The position numbers and the translations under genes are program-made. 64,000 nucleotides of DNA from an uncultured Methylobacter sp. (GTDB taxonomy: Bacteria > Pseudomonadota > Gammaproteobacteria > Methylococcales > Methylomonadaceae), in the NCBI GenBank assembly GCA_903832775.1, contig CAILCX010000100.1, positions 41,937 through 105,936 of the forward strand. Reading direction: 5' to 3'. Below are positions 1 to 11,098 of this stretch, in pieces. The first letter of the stretch is position 1. Each line of letters begins with the position of its first letter. Below the pieces are notes generated by a model that was given only the letters and a program-made list of their open reading frames with translations, did not search any database and was not told the origin of the DNA.

Positions 1-2
1 AA

Positions 3-1541
3 AATCTTCGCGTCAAAATTGCGCTGGATAGTATTTGCACTGGCGTGATGATTGCCGATAACAACCGTAATATTGTTTATATCAACAAAGCGGTGGTTGA
101 TATTCTTGGCAAAACCGAGGCAGAACTTCTCGAGCAACTGCCAGATTTCTCAACGGCTCATTTGCTGGGTACCAATATTGATGGCTTCCACAAAAAACCG
201 GCGCACCAAGCTCAGTTACTTGCTTCTTTAAGCGGTACTTATAAAGCCAGCATGTTATTGGGTAGCCATACCATGGTGGTGACTGCTAATCCTATGGTCA
301 ATGCACTCGGACACAGACTTGGAACGGTTGCTGAATGGGTAGATCGGACTGACGAAGTCTCTGTGGAAAAAGAAGTTGCTGAAATTGTGGAAGCTTCTGT
401 GATGGGCGATCTTTCTAAGCGTTTGGCTTTACAGGATAAGGATGGTTTTATCTTGCAACTTGGAACTGGCATAAACCAGTTGCTTGGAACCAGTGAGAGT
501 GCGCTTAAAGAGGTAGCCCGAGTTTTGGGTGCCTTATCGCAAGGCGATTTAACGGAAACTATTACCAATGACTACTCGGGTACTTTTGGACAGCTTAAAG
601 ATGATTCCAATGCAACAGTAGAAAAATTGAAAGATATTATTGGTCAGATTAAAGAAGCGACAGACAGCATCAATACCGCTTCAAAGGAGATTGCCGCTGG
701 TAATAATGACTTGTCACAGCGCACCGAAGAGCAGGCGGCCAGTCTGGAAGAAACCGCTGCCAGTATGGAAGAGTTAACGTCTACAGTGAAACAAAACAGT
801 GAAAACGCGAAATACGCCAATCAGCTTGCTGTTGATGCTTCGGCCATAGCAGGTAAAGGTGTCACGGTGGTTGATCAGGTTGTGACAACGATGGAAGGTA
901 TTAATGAAGCTTCGCGCAAAATTGTCGATATTATCGCCGTTATTGATGGCATTGCTTTCCAGACTAACATACTTGCGCTGAACGCAGCCGTGGAAGCTGC
1001 CAGAGCCGGTGAACAAGGCAGAGGCTTTGCCGTGGTAGCCGTCGAAGTGCGTAATCTGGCACAGCGTGCAGCAGCAGCAGCAGGTGAAATCAAAGGTCTG
1101 ATTGGCGATTCGGTAGAAAAAGTTGAAGATGGCGCCAAATTGGTCACTCAAGCTGGAAAAACCATGGGCGAGATTGTTAACTCTATTCGTGGGGTGACCA
1201 CTATTATGGCTGAGATCAGTGCCGCTTCAATTGAACAAACCTCTGGCATTGAACAGGTCAATCAGGCAGTGGCCCAAATGGACGATGTTACCCAACAAAA
1301 TGCCGCGTTGGTAGAGCAGGCAGCCGCTTCGGCGGAATCATTGGAAGAACAAGCGCACAATTTGTCGATTACGGTAAGCGGTTTTAGAATAGATGACAAC
1401 CCCAGGACTGTTAAGCAAGTGCAGTCTCCAACAGTTGTTAAAAACACAGCCAGTAGTCAGAAAAGCTATGCATCAAAACCTGTTTCCCCGATTAAACCTA
1501 AACCGGTCGCGTCTCATGGGGATGAGTGGGAAGAGTTTTGA
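3..1541 (+). CDS. Methyl-accepting chemotaxis protein with Aer2-like PAS domain; 5' end lies outside the window
   Basis: Frame is open from base 3 ([19 protein letters not shown]). PAS segment [11 protein letters not shown]...LGTVAEW, MCP hairpin [31 protein letters not shown]-terminal pentapeptide EWEEF. Confidence 0.92.
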   Translation, partial: NLRVKIALDSICTGVMIADNNRNIVYINKAVVDILGKTEAELLEQLPDFSTAHLLGTNIDGFHKKPAHQAQLLASLSGTYKASMLLGSHTMVVTANPMVNALGHRLGTVAEWVDRTDEVSVEKEVAEIVEASVMGDLSKRLALQDKDGFILQLGTGINQLLGTSESALKEVARVLGALSQGDLTETITNDYSGTFGQLKDDSNATVEKLKDIIGQIKEATDSINTASKEIAAGNNDLSQRTEEQAASLEETAASMEELTSTVKQNSENAKYANQLAVDASAIAGKGVTVVDQVVTTMEGINEASRKIVDIIAVIDGIAFQTNILALNAAVEAARAGEQGRGFAVVAVEVRNLAQRAAAAAGEIKGLIGDSVEKVEDGAKLVTQAGKTMGEIVNSIRGVTTIMAEISAASIEQTSGIEQVNQAVAQMDDVTQQNAALVEQAAASAESLEEQAHNLSITVSGFRIDDNPRTVKQVQSPTVVKNTASSQKSYASKPVSPIKPKPVASHGDEWEEF

Positions 1542-1590
1542 GGCCTTTAGTCGTGCGGTTGTACTCTAAATTACAAAGATGACTAATAAG

Positions 1591-2604
1591 TTAAATTAGT
1601 CGGATGCTTTGACCTGTTGCCGCAGATTCCAGAGCGGCAACGATAATTTGGCAATTTTGTTTTGCATCCTCTAATGACAGCTTAGGTGCAGTGCCATTTA
1701 ATACGCAGGCGCTGAAATGTTCAATTTCTAATTTAAAGTGATTGGCCGTCGGCAGTTGTTCCTTTGCATTTTTACCCTCTTCAGTCCACCAGGAAATTAC
1801 CGGCACATCGCCAGGCATTGTCCAGACGTTATGACATTTTATGCCGCCCAGAGTGCCAATAATCTCATACTCACAACGTCGTGCACGTTCAAAACTGAAA
1901 TCAAATTGCGCGTATTTACCATCACCAAAATCGATGATGCCACTGTTGGCAATGTCAGCGCCACTTTCAACATATTTGGCCACAGCAGTGACGGCAACAG
2001 CGGGTTCCTTAAAAAATTGCCTCGCTGAATGAATAGCATAACAACCGATATCCCACATCGCTCCGCCGCCATTGTCCACGCTCTCTGTTAACCGATACAG
2101 TCGTGCAGGTCGCATCATAAAAGAAAAGCTGGATCGCACTGACCTTACTTCGCCGATGAGTCCGGAAGCAATTAATTCTTGAACCCTGGCATGTTGTGGG
2201 TGGAAGCGGTACATAAAGCCTTCCATGACAGTGACCTTATTCTGTTGTGCAGCAGCTTCAATCGCGTTAATATCGGCGATCGTTAAGGCCATAGGTTTTT
2301 CGCACAGTACATGTTTGCCTTGTTCGATGGCTCGCAAGGTCCATTTTGCGTGTTCGTGGTTGGCAAGCGGCAAATAAATGGCATCAATAGATGGGTCGGC
2401 AAGTAACTCGTCAAGATCGTCATAAATATTCACCTGCTGTTGGTCCTGGGCATAATGTTCCAAGGTTTGAGCGGCAGCTCCCGGACGGCGGCTGGCTATA
2501 GCCGCAAGTTCTGCATTGTCGGCTTCAACAATGGCAGGCATCAGGCGTTCGTTAATACGTGCGGCCCCTAAAATACCCCAGCGTAATTTTGTTTTGTTAG
2601 TCAT
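1591..2604 (-). CDS. Gfo/Idh/MocA family oxidoreductase
   Basis: N-terminal RWGILGAARI Rossmann-like start, HVLCEKP motif, GGAMWDIGCY. Confidence 0.9.
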   Translation of the reverse strand: MTNKTKLRWGILGAARINERLMPAIVEADNAELAAIASRRPGAAAQTLEHYAQDQQQVNIYDDLDELLADPSIDAIYLPLANHEHAKWTLRAIEQGKHVLCEKPMALTIADINAIEAAAQQNKVTVMEGFMYRFHPQHARVQELIASGLIGEVRSVRSSFSFMMRPARLYRLTESVDNGGGAMWDIGCYAIHSARQFFKEPAVAVTAVAKYVESGADIANSGIIDFGDGKYAQFDFSFERARRCEYEIIGTLGGIKCHNVWTMPGDVPVISWWTEEGKNAKEQLPTANHFKLEIEHFSACVLNGTAPKLSLEDAKQNCQIIVAALESAATGQSIRLI

Positions 2605-2629
2605 GACGGTAGCCTTAAGTGAGTTGAAC

Positions 2630-2890
2630 TTATTTCAGAAGTGGATGATCTTTTGGTAATTGTTTGGCTATCCATAACGCCAGCTTGTGTTTCATATTTA
2701 CACCATTTTCCTGGTCCAGTGCCAATGGCTGAAGCAATTTGTCGTTCACCAGTAGACGATAAAGACATTCTGTTTTGTCTTTTGCCGAATCGGTTGCAGC
2801 AAAGTTTGCGTAACCACGATTTTTTGCATAATTTTCGCCAACTTCCATCGCTTTTTTGAGTAGCTGTGGTTCATTTTTTAATTTAGCCAT
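2630..2890 (-). CDS. Small conserved protein, DUF5062-like
   Basis: 86-aa ORF in the same orientation as its neighbours. The KHKLALWIAKQLPKDHPLLK ending resembles DUF5062 as recalled (not searched). Confidence 0.6.
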   Translation of the reverse strand: MAKLKNEPQLLKKAMEVGENYAKNRGYANFAATDSAKDKTECLYRLLVNDKLLQPLALDQENGVNMKHKLALWIAKQLPKDHPLLK

Positions 2891-2937
2891 TGATGATCTT
2901 CCTGTTTTGAATTTAAGTTATTTTACCAATACGCTAA

Positions 2938-3639
2938 TTATTTTTTTAGAAATTGCCACTGTTGATTAATCAAACCTTGTAGTGGCTGATATTGGATTTT
3001 ATAGTTCATTTTTTGGCAATCAGCAATCCAAAAGCCCAGATAGAGCCAATCAATGCCTTGTTCTTGTGCGGTGCTTATCTGCCAAAGTACCGCATAAACG
3101 CCAAGGCTATAGTCTGAAAACTTGGGGTCAAAGAACGTATAAACAGCTGACAGGGCATTATCCAGGCAATCGACGATGGCCAAGGCGGCAAGTTCACCGG
3201 CAATTGAAAATTCAATAAATTGCGTATCACACCAGGTACTGCCTAAAAAGTTAAGGTACTCTTCGGGTCTGGTGTTGGCCATATTGCCACCAGCATGCCG
3301 TTGGTTTTGGTAACGTAGATACATTTCGTAATGTTTTTGTTCGAATGCAACAGGTTTGATGGTGACGGTAGTATCAACATTTTTTTGCAGGCAACGTTTT
3401 TGGCGACGGTTAGGAAGAAATTGTTTAACAGCTAAGCGAACCGGTACACATTGGGAACAGTTCTCGCAGCGGGGTGTGTACACATCATCTCCGCTACGTC
3501 TGAAACCATGTGAGATAAGCTGTGAATAAACTCCGTTAGTCAAGGTAAATTGAGGCTTAACAAATGCCGATTGCGCAAAATTATCCGCCAGATAGCTGCA
3601 AGGATGCGGACTGGTAATCAAAAGGGGGATAGAAGTCAT
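2938..3639 (-). CDS. bpt: Arginyl-tRNA-protein transferase family (aspartate/glutamate leucyltransferase Bpt/Ate)
   Basis: HPCSYL, GFRRSG..YTPRCENCSQCVPVRL, SAVYTFFDP, YLGFWI...KMNYK. Confidence 0.9.
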   Translation of the reverse strand: MTSIPLLITSPHPCSYLADNFAQSAFVKPQFTLTNGVYSQLISHGFRRSGDDVYTPRCENCSQCVPVRLAVKQFLPNRRQKRCLQKNVDTTVTIKPVAFEQKHYEMYLRYQNQRHAGGNMANTRPEEYLNFLGSTWCDTQFIEFSIAGELAALAIVDCLDNALSAVYTFFDPKFSDYSLGVYAVLWQISTAQEQGIDWLYLGFWIADCQKMNYKIQYQPLQGLINQQWQFLKK

Positions 3640-3810
3640 ATATGTCGTTGTAGTGTGCAGAAATGATATCAGGCAGCATTATAACGCTAAGTTTAGAGGG
3701 AACTTACAAAGTCGACCAGGCCAGTTATTTGGAGCACTCAAAAAACAATTGTAATATTTGCTGAAGCCGATACACTCAAGCGACAAGAAATCAATCCGCA
3801 ATTTTATTTT

Positions 3811-4746
3811 ATGAAAAAAATCCCAATCGGTATCAGCAGTTGTTTATTAGGCCAGAATGTCCGCTATGACGGTGGCCACAAAAAAGACTCTTATATTACC
3901 GGTACGCTGACTGAGTATTTTGATTTTTTGCCCTTGTGTCCGGAAATGGGGATAGGTTTGGGCGCACCTCGTCCTACCTTACATTTGGTCAAAATCAATA
4001 AAGTGGTCAGTTGTGTTGGTATTAAAGATCCTGACTTTGATGTAACCGAACGTTTACGTGATTATGCCGACCAACAAAAAGACGCACACGCTGCTTTATG
4101 TGGTTATATTCTGAAAAAGGACTCGCCCAGTTGTGGCATGGAACGGGTCAAAGTGTTTAGGGGTGAGCAACCGCATAAAGATGGATTTGGTATTTACGCT
4201 GAACAAATGATGCGAAACAATCCGTTAATGCCGGTAGAGGAAGAAGGTCGTATGGGCGATGCAGGCTTGCGCGAGAACTTTATTCAGCGCGTTTATGTGC
4301 TGCATCGTTGGAAAAATATGCTTATTGAAGGGGTGACACCTGCCAGTCTGACCAATTTTCATGCACGACATAAATTGATCATCATGAGTCATGAAGATTA
4401 TCGTGACTTGGGGCAGCTATTGGCCGGTGTGACTAAAACCAATGTCGCTGAAGTTGCAGAGCAGTATATTTTGCAGTTGATGATGACGTTAAAAAAACCG
4501 GCTACCCGTAAAAATCATGTCAATGTGTTGCAGCATATTCAAGGCTATTTGAAAAAAGCGTTAAGCGCTGACGATAAAGCAGAGTTGTGCGAAGTGATTG
4601 AGCGCTATCGGAACGGTTACATTCCATTGATAGTGCCGTTAACCTTGCTTAAGCATCATTTCCGTAAAAGCCCCGATCCGTATATTGAAGAATCATATTA
4701 TATGTCGCCTTATCCACAAGAATTACAACTTATCAATCAGCTATAA
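3811..4746 (+). CDS. YbgA-family protein (DUF523 + DUF1722)
   Basis: IGISSCLLGQNVRYDGGH, LCPEMGIGLG.PRP, KDSPSCG, VLQHIQGYLK, LTLLKHH. Confidence 0.9.
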   Translation: MKKIPIGISSCLLGQNVRYDGGHKKDSYITGTLTEYFDFLPLCPEMGIGLGAPRPTLHLVKINKVVSCVGIKDPDFDVTERLRDYADQQKDAHAALCGYILKKDSPSCGMERVKVFRGEQPHKDGFGIYAEQMMRNNPLMPVEEEGRMGDAGLRENFIQRVYVLHRWKNMLIEGVTPASLTNFHARHKLIIMSHEDYRDLGQLLAGVTKTNVAEVAEQYILQLMMTLKKPATRKNHVNVLQHIQGYLKKALSADDKAELCEVIERYRNGYIPLIVPLTLLKHHFRKSPDPYIEESYYMSPYPQELQLINQL

Positions 4747-4747
4747 C

Positions 4748-5644
4748 ATGGCCAAAATACTCATTGTCGGCTGCGGTGCAATTGGTTCTGCGCTTGCCGA
4801 GGTATTAGCAAGGCAGGGCCATCAGATAACCGGGTTAAAACGTAATCCGCCGGTTTCTGCGGTCAGCCACATTAACTATGTCACTGCCGACATCAGTTCA
4901 GTTGATGATCTGAACAAGCTTGAGAGCGATTTTACTCAGGTCTTTTTTATCGTTTCGCCGGAAGGCCGTAATGAACAAAGTTATCACAGTGTTTATGAGA
5001 TTGGCTTGAAGAATCTGCTTGCAAGGCTACCAATGGCAAACTGGTTTCTGGTCTCCTCGACCAGTGTATATGGACAGACGCAAGGTGAATGGGTTGATGA
5101 AGATTCGATCACTGAGCCGGACAATATTGCCAGCCAGTTGATCAGGCAAGCGGAACAAAGTTTGATGGCGTTCAATCCGGCTAATATCGTGGTACGCTTT
5201 TCCGGTATTTACGGACCGGGGCGTGAGTATTTACTAAGACTTGCCTTGCAAAAGCCGGAAATCCAGCAAACCCCGCCTTATTTCACTAATCGGATACATC
5301 AGCAGGATTGTGTTGGTGTTTTATGTTTTTTACTGGAACAAAGTTTGGCGGGTAAAGCCTTGGCGCAATGTTACGTGGCCAGTGATGATGATCCGGCACC
5401 GACCTGGGAGGTTATGTCCTGGCTTGCAACGCAGCTAAAGTGTCAAGCCCCGACAGCCAAGGAAGGTAGCGGGTTTACGATGCTACCAACCTTTAAGTCA
5501 GAGGCCAGATTGTCCCCCATCGGTGCACAAGTAGGGATGAATAAGCGTTGCAATAATGCGAGGTTAAAAGCTTTGGGATATAAGTTTCAATATCCCGGTT
5601 ATAAAGACGGCTATCTTGAGTTAATCAAAGCAAGGAATGATTGA
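4748..5644 (+). CDS. NAD-dependent epimerase/dehydratase (atypical SDR, YeeZ-like)
   Basis: LIVGCGAIG, SSTSVYG, RFSGIYGPGR, TNRIH. ATG at 4748, 1 nt after the ybgA-like stop, is preferred to the ORF-track start 4685. Confidence 0.88.
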   Translation: MAKILIVGCGAIGSALAEVLARQGHQITGLKRNPPVSAVSHINYVTADISSVDDLNKLESDFTQVFFIVSPEGRNEQSYHSVYEIGLKNLLARLPMANWFLVSSTSVYGQTQGEWVDEDSITEPDNIASQLIRQAEQSLMAFNPANIVVRFSGIYGPGREYLLRLALQKPEIQQTPPYFTNRIHQQDCVGVLCFLLEQSLAGKALAQCYVASDDDPAPTWEVMSWLATQLKCQAPTAKEGSGFTMLPTFKSEARLSPIGAQVGMNKRCNNARLKALGYKFQYPGYKDGYLELIKARND

Positions 5645-6739
5645 TTATTGTTCGCCATAACTTGGATAATCGGTATAGCCTTTTTCGTCGCCGCCATAAA
5701 AGGTATTCCGATCGGGTTCGTTCAACGGCAGATTTTTGGCAAAGCGCTCCGGTAGATCGGGATTGGCAATAAATAATTGACCGAAAGCCACCATGTCGGC
5801 ATGATTTTGTTCAATCGCTTTATTGCCTGAATCAAGATCATAGCCATTATTGGCCATGTAGTAACCTGTAAAACAATTTCTTAATGCTACATAATCCAAA
5901 TGCCGTTCACCGGTCAGCATATCGCCTTCCAGAACATGCAGATAAGCCAGAGAGTAGTCGGATAATTTTTTGGCGATTGCGTTAAAGGTCAGTTGCGGCT
6001 GACTGTCATTAATATCGTTAAAGCTGTTTTCGGGCGATAGCCTCACCCCGACACAAGGTGCTCCACAAATGGTTATAACTCTTTCTACAACTTCAATCAA
6101 CAAACGCATGCGGTTGGCAATACTGCCGCCGTAGTTATCATCCCGTAAGTTGGTGCTGTCTCTTAAAAACTGATCCAGCAAATAGCCATTCGCGGCATGA
6201 ATCTCGACACCATCAAACCCCGCCGACTTTGCATTTTGCGCGGCTATTGCATAATCGTTCACGATATAAGATAGTTCGGCTAGAGTTAGTGGATGCGGTA
6301 TTTCAAAGTCCTGCATGCCAGTAAAAGTCATTGCCTGTCCGTTGGCTTTTAGCGCAGAGGGTGCAACAGGTAGACTTTGATTCGGTAGCAGTGAGGAATG
6401 AGATATTCTGCCGGTATGCCAGAGTTGGATGAAAATGTGTCCACCTTGTTCGTGAACTGCATCGGTGATTCGTTTCCAGCCAGCGATTTGTTCTTCCGAG
6501 TGTATGCCGGGTGTTCCGGGATAGCCAATTGCGTTAGCCGATATTTGACTGCCTTCGCTAATAATCAAACCGGCACTGGCCCGTTGTCGGTAATACTCAA
6601 CATTCATCGCTTGTGGCACATTGCCCTCGCCAGCCCTGTTGCGCGTCAGGGGAGCCATCATAATTCGATTAGTTAAGTTTAAATCTCCTATAAGAATAGG
6701 TGAAAACAGATTGATCTTGTCTTGCGCTATTGATGTCAT
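5645..6739 (-). CDS. nemA: Old yellow enzyme / alkene reductase (NemA-like)
   Basis: NRIMMAPLTR, QLWHTGR, GFDGVEIHAANGYLLDQFL, FIANPDLP, GYTDYP. Confidence 0.92.
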   Translation of the reverse strand: MTSIAQDKINLFSPILIGDLNLTNRIMMAPLTRNRAGEGNVPQAMNVEYYRQRASAGLIISEGSQISANAIGYPGTPGIHSEEQIAGWKRITDAVHEQGGHIFIQLWHTGRISHSSLLPNQSLPVAPSALKANGQAMTFTGMQDFEIPHPLTLAELSYIVNDYAIAAQNAKSAGFDGVEIHAANGYLLDQFLRDSTNLRDDNYGGSIANRMRLLIEVVERVITICGAPCVGVRLSPENSFNDINDSQPQLTFNAIAKKLSDYSLAYLHVLEGDMLTGERHLDYVALRNCFTGYYMANNGYDLDSGNKAIEQNHADMVAFGQLFIANPDLPERFAKNLPLNEPDRNTFYGGDEKGYTDYPSYGEQ

Positions 6740-6776
6740 CAGGTACTCTTAGGGTTTGGGAATATTTTAACGACTA

Positions 6777-8699
6777 TTAAATGTGTCCGATATTTTTAGT
6801 CGCTTTGCCTTTGATGGTATTTTTATCAATTTTGTCCTTAGACTGATTTTCAGGATCGGATGATTTTATTGTAGTAAAATCTTCCGTTTCCTCAGGGGCG
6901 CGAGGCTCTTTTCCCGCCATTAAATCTTCAATCTGAAGGCGATCAATAGTTTCCCATTTCATCAGCGCATCGGCCATTTTATGCAGGATATTAATATTTT
7001 CCTGCAGGATGGCTTCCGCACGTTCGTAGTTTCGATCAATAACAACTCGAATCTCTTCATCTATTAGTTGGGCGACATTTTCAGATACAGAACTGCCGGG
7101 CGCACCGGGATGTCCCATAAAAGGTCTTCCGCCTTCTTCGCCATAAACCAGAGGGCCTAATTTGTCTGAGAAACCCCAGCGTGTCACCATGTTGCGAGCC
7201 ATTTCAGTGGCTCGTTCAATATCATTGGATGCACCGGTAGTTACACGGTCTCCCCCGTAAATCATCAGTTCGGCAATCCTGCCACCAAACAGACTGGCGA
7301 TTTGGCTTTCCAGTTTACGTTTGCTGGCGCTGTATTGATCCCTGTCAGGAAGAAACATGGTAATACCCAGCGCTCTGCCTCGGGGCATTATACTGACTTT
7401 GTATACCGCATCATGATCAGGAGAAGTTTGGCCAACAATGCAATGTCCAGCTTCATGATAAGCAGTTAATAATTTATCCTCTTCAGTCATGACCATGGTA
7501 TGACGCTCTGCGCCCATCAGGATTTTATCCTTGGCTTTTTCGAGGTCACTCATGTTGACTTCCTGCTTGTTGGAGCGTGCAGCAAACAGTGCGGCCTCAT
7601 TGATAACGTTGGCAAGGTCGGCACCTGAAAAACCGGGAGTGCCCCTGGCTATGTATTTCAGTTCAACATCGGCGGCGGCGGGTACTTTTTTGATATGTAC
7701 GTTTAGTATTTGTTCTCGACCACGGACATCAGGTAAACCGACATTGACCTGTCGGTCAAAACGTCCGGGTCTGAGTAAGGCTTTGTCCAACACGTCTGCA
7801 CGGTTCGTGGCAGCGATTACAATTACGCCTTCATTGCCGTTAAACCCGTCCATTTCGACCAGTAATTGATTCAGGGTTTGTTCCCGTTCGTCATTGCCGC
7901 CACCCATGCCAGCGCCGCCCCGTTGGCGACCGACCGCGTCAATCTCGTCAATAAAGATAATACATGGTGCATGTTCTTTGGCCTGTACAAACATATCCCT
8001 GACTCTTGACGCGCCGACACCGACAAACATTTCGACGAAATCAGATCCTGAAATGGTAAAAAATTTAACGCCCGCCTCACCGGCAATGGCTCTGGCAATC
8101 AGGGTTTTACCTGTTCCAGGAGGTCCAACCATCAATATGCCGCGTGGAATTTGTCCGCCCAGTTTTTGAAACTTTTGTGGGTCGGCCAGAAAATCAACCA
8201 GTTCGGCGACTTCCTCTTTAGCTTCTTCGCAACCGGCAACATCGCTAAAAGTGATGGTCATTTTGTCTTCTTCCAGCATTTTGGCTTTGCTTTTGCCGAA
8301 GCTGTTGCCGCCCGCGCCGCCTTGCATTCTGCGCATGTAAATGATCATCACGACGATCATTAGCAGCATCGGAAACCAGGAAATGAAGATTTTCATCAGC
8401 AGAGTTTCCTTTTCGGGTGGCACAGTTCTTATCTGAATTCCAGCGCTGAGTAAATCGTCAATTAAATGTGGGTCACCAGGATTAAAAGTCTCAAAATTTT
8501 GACCGTCAGAAGTACGAATAGTGATTTGTTGACCTGATACTTCAACACGTTCCACGAGTCCATGTTTTACCTTGTCGATAAAATCTGAATAAGATAGGGA
8601 GTCTTGTAACGGTGGCGTTGTTTTTATTCGGTCATAAATCAAATAGCCACCGGCAATAACAATGCTAAAAATCAGCACATTAAATAAATATTTCTTCAT
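6777..8699 (-). CDS. ftsH: ATP-dependent zinc metalloprotease FtsH (probable paralog)
   Basis: Walker A GPPGTGKT, pore FVGVG, Walker B IIFIDE, SRH, HEAGH zinc motif. ATG at 8699 has a GGAG RBS and is followed by a TM helix. Confidence 0.95.
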   Translation of the reverse strand: MKKYLFNVLIFSIVIAGGYLIYDRIKTTPPLQDSLSYSDFIDKVKHGLVERVEVSGQQITIRTSDGQNFETFNPGDPHLIDDLLSAGIQIRTVPPEKETLLMKIFISWFPMLLMIVVMIIYMRRMQGGAGGNSFGKSKAKMLEEDKMTITFSDVAGCEEAKEEVAELVDFLADPQKFQKLGGQIPRGILMVGPPGTGKTLIARAIAGEAGVKFFTISGSDFVEMFVGVGASRVRDMFVQAKEHAPCIIFIDEIDAVGRQRGGAGMGGGNDEREQTLNQLLVEMDGFNGNEGVIVIAATNRADVLDKALLRPGRFDRQVNVGLPDVRGREQILNVHIKKVPAAADVELKYIARGTPGFSGADLANVINEAALFAARSNKQEVNMSDLEKAKDKILMGAERHTMVMTEEDKLLTAYHEAGHCIVGQTSPDHDAVYKVSIMPRGRALGITMFLPDRDQYSASKRKLESQIASLFGGRIAELMIYGGDRVTTGASNDIERATEMARNMVTRWGFSDKLGPLVYGEEGGRPFMGHPGAPGSSVSENVAQLIDEEIRVVIDRNYERAEAILQENINILHKMADALMKWETIDRLQIEDLMAGKEPRAPEETEDFTTIKSSDPENQSKDKIDKNTIKGKATKNIGHI

Positions 8700-8979
8700 G
8701 TAGATCTCCTGGTTACGACTGACATGCATGGTCACCGTGACTGCTTCCGGCAATTGTGGGCAATCAGATTGGTCAAAAGTGTCGGTAAAACGCCAATCCT
8801 GGGGGATATGGCAGTTAATAAATACCAAACTATCAGGTATGATAATCCTCATTTACTTTAAAATAAATCATTTCCAAAGTTGAGTGTTCATAAGCGCTAA
8901 TGACTTGGTCTGACTGACAAGTAATAAATGCCTTCTTTTTTAATTTTAAGTTTGCAAATTTTTTTGAAGGGCTACATTA

Positions 8980-9417
8980 ATGAATACTAGAACCATTTTT
9001 TATCTTTTATTTATGCTACTAAGTTCATCAGTCCAGGCAAAAACAGTGACAGAAAATCAACTGCCCAATTGTCCGGACAGTCCTAATTGTGTTTCAAGTC
9101 AGGCGAAAGATGCCGGTCATTATATTGCACCGTTTAAAATAATCGGCAGTATTGATGAGGCTTGGGGAGGTTTAAAAACGGCGTTGCTAAATCAAAGTCG
9201 TACTGTAATCACTCATGACACTGTCAATACGCTTCATGCAACGGAAACCAGTCTGGTGTTTCGATTTGTGGATGATGTCGATGCAATATTGGATGCGGAG
9301 GCTCGGTTAATTAATATCCGTTCAGCATCGCGCACCGGTTACGGTGATTTTGGAGTTAATCGCAAAAGAATAGAAATGCTCCGTTTGCAATTGCAACAAG
9401 GACATTTTATTGAGTGA
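8980..9417 (+). CDS. DUF1499 family exported protein
   Basis: Signal peptide, CPDSPNCVSSQ, FRFVDDV, RSASRTGYGDFGVNRKRIE. Confidence 0.85.
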   Translation: MNTRTIFYLLFMLLSSSVQAKTVTENQLPNCPDSPNCVSSQAKDAGHYIAPFKIIGSIDEAWGGLKTALLNQSRTVITHDTVNTLHATETSLVFRFVDDVDAILDAEARLINIRSASRTGYGDFGVNRKRIEMLRLQLQQGHFIE

Positions 9418-9491
9418 CACAGATTGTAGTGCTTACCGTATAACCCAATTTTTTCTCATGTTGCCACGCTGGCAATGGTGGTTTTCTGCCG

Positions 9492-11078
9492 TTATTCCCT
9501 TAGTGCGTTTTCTGCATCCTTACCTCTTACAATCCCAACTCCCAGTAAGAAAATTAATGTTCCCCATAATAAAGACGGCACCAGCCAGAACCAGTTTTGG
9601 TAGAAAGTAGCTGGTGGATTTTTTAGATAGGGCACTTCGTAAACCCCAGACCAGGCTTGATGAATCGGGGAACGCTCCAGAATTTCTCCCGATGCCAGTG
9701 ATACAGTCGAAATCCCGGTATTGGTGACGCGTAAGACTGGTCGGCGAAATTCAACGCCGCGTGCCAAGGTCATAAACATGTGTTGGTAAGGTTCCTGCCA
9801 GGAACCATACCAGGAATCATTGGTGACATTGACAATAAACTGTGCACCCAGTTGGGCCAACGAACGGGAAAAACCGGGAAACAGGCTTTCATAGCAAATT
9901 TGCGCGCCCATTTTATAGTCATTCCAGAGTAATAAATCAGTTGGGCCGTGACCTCTGGCAAAGTGGCCAGTGGCTGGTAACCAGTTGCGAATTTGCGGAA
10001 AATATTGTTCGCCTGGGATAAATTCGCCAAAAGCCAGTAAGATAGTTTTGCTGTAATGCGGAGGTACGAGTTCACCATCTTTATTTAAGACAAATAATGA
10101 GTTGGTAATCAGGTTGCTTGCTTCATCAACGCTATAAGCGCCAGTAATCAGGGGCAGTTGTCGATCTTGAAGAAATTTGGTCAGCGCAACGGGGTATGGT
10201 TCGTCAATAAATTGCTCACCCAGCAATGCCGGAAATGCAGTTTCAGGCCAAAGCGCAAAGTCAATTTGAGTGTCTGGATGCGTTTTGAGTGCTTTATCAG
10301 TCTGGTTGATATAACGATTAAAAATTTCTTTGCCAAAACCTTTTCCCAGTTCGGCTGCCATTTTTTCAGCGTTTTCAATGTAAGCCTGAATCATCAATAC
10401 TTTAAACGAGGCATCCGGTTGTGACAGTCGGTTTTTAAGCCACAAACCGCCAAGATTGAGCAGCATAAAAATACTAAACACGCTGGCGAGAATGATTTTT
10501 CCGGTATTTTGTTTACGCTTTTCCCAGGCAATATAGAGAGGCAGATTGCATAACAGGGAGGCAGCACTCAGTCCGCTAAAACCGATCACTTCCGCCCAAT
10601 GATAAACGGGAATATTTGAGCCATACCAGGAATAACCGAAGTTCCAGTCAAACAGAGTTAGCGAATTTGCTTCACAAAGTATGGTAATTAGAGCCATTAG
10701 TCCGAGAGATAGTCGCTTTGACCAGTCAAACTTTTTTCGTCCCCAAAACCATAGCATACCTGCCAGTGGAACATAGGTATGCGCGATCAAGCCATAGATT
10801 AACATGCCGACAGCCGCTACCGGCCAGTCAAGATGAGCGAATTCATGTAGCAGGTAAGTGACCCAATTAAAACCGATCAGCGTGAATACGAACGAGGTCA
10901 GCAAACCGCCAAGGAATACGTTTCTAAAACGGGTTTGCCGATTCCAGAAAAACCATAATGGCACAAAACAGAATAACGAAGCCCAGGGAGGAAAGGGGAT
11001 GTAACTGGTTCCGATTAGAAGGCCTGATAAAATCGGCAGTAGCCAAAGCTTATGAGAGCTAGGTGTGACACTGTTCAT
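9492..11078 (-). CDS. lnt: Apolipoprotein N-acyltransferase
   Basis: Multi-TM N-terminus plus nitrilase-fold triad WPETAF / YSKTILLAFGE / QICYES, and VNVTNDSWYG. Confidence 0.92.
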   Translation of the reverse strand: MNSVTPSSHKLWLLPILSGLLIGTSYIPFPPWASLFCFVPLWFFWNRQTRFRNVFLGGLLTSFVFTLIGFNWVTYLLHEFAHLDWPVAAVGMLIYGLIAHTYVPLAGMLWFWGRKKFDWSKRLSLGLMALITILCEANSLTLFDWNFGYSWYGSNIPVYHWAEVIGFSGLSAASLLCNLPLYIAWEKRKQNTGKIILASVFSIFMLLNLGGLWLKNRLSQPDASFKVLMIQAYIENAEKMAAELGKGFGKEIFNRYINQTDKALKTHPDTQIDFALWPETAFPALLGEQFIDEPYPVALTKFLQDRQLPLITGAYSVDEASNLITNSLFVLNKDGELVPPHYSKTILLAFGEFIPGEQYFPQIRNWLPATGHFARGHGPTDLLLWNDYKMGAQICYESLFPGFSRSLAQLGAQFIVNVTNDSWYGSWQEPYQHMFMTLARGVEFRRPVLRVTNTGISTVSLASGEILERSPIHQAWSGVYEVPYLKNPPATFYQNWFWLVPSLLWGTLIFLLGVGIVRGKDAENALRE

Positions 11079-11098
11079 AGTGTGTTAGTAAGTTGTGG

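Noticed and set aside
8700-8852. 51-aa N-terminal extension of FtsH in the ORF track
   Set aside because: The ATG at 8699 has a GGAG RBS and is followed directly by the first TM helix. The extension has no support.
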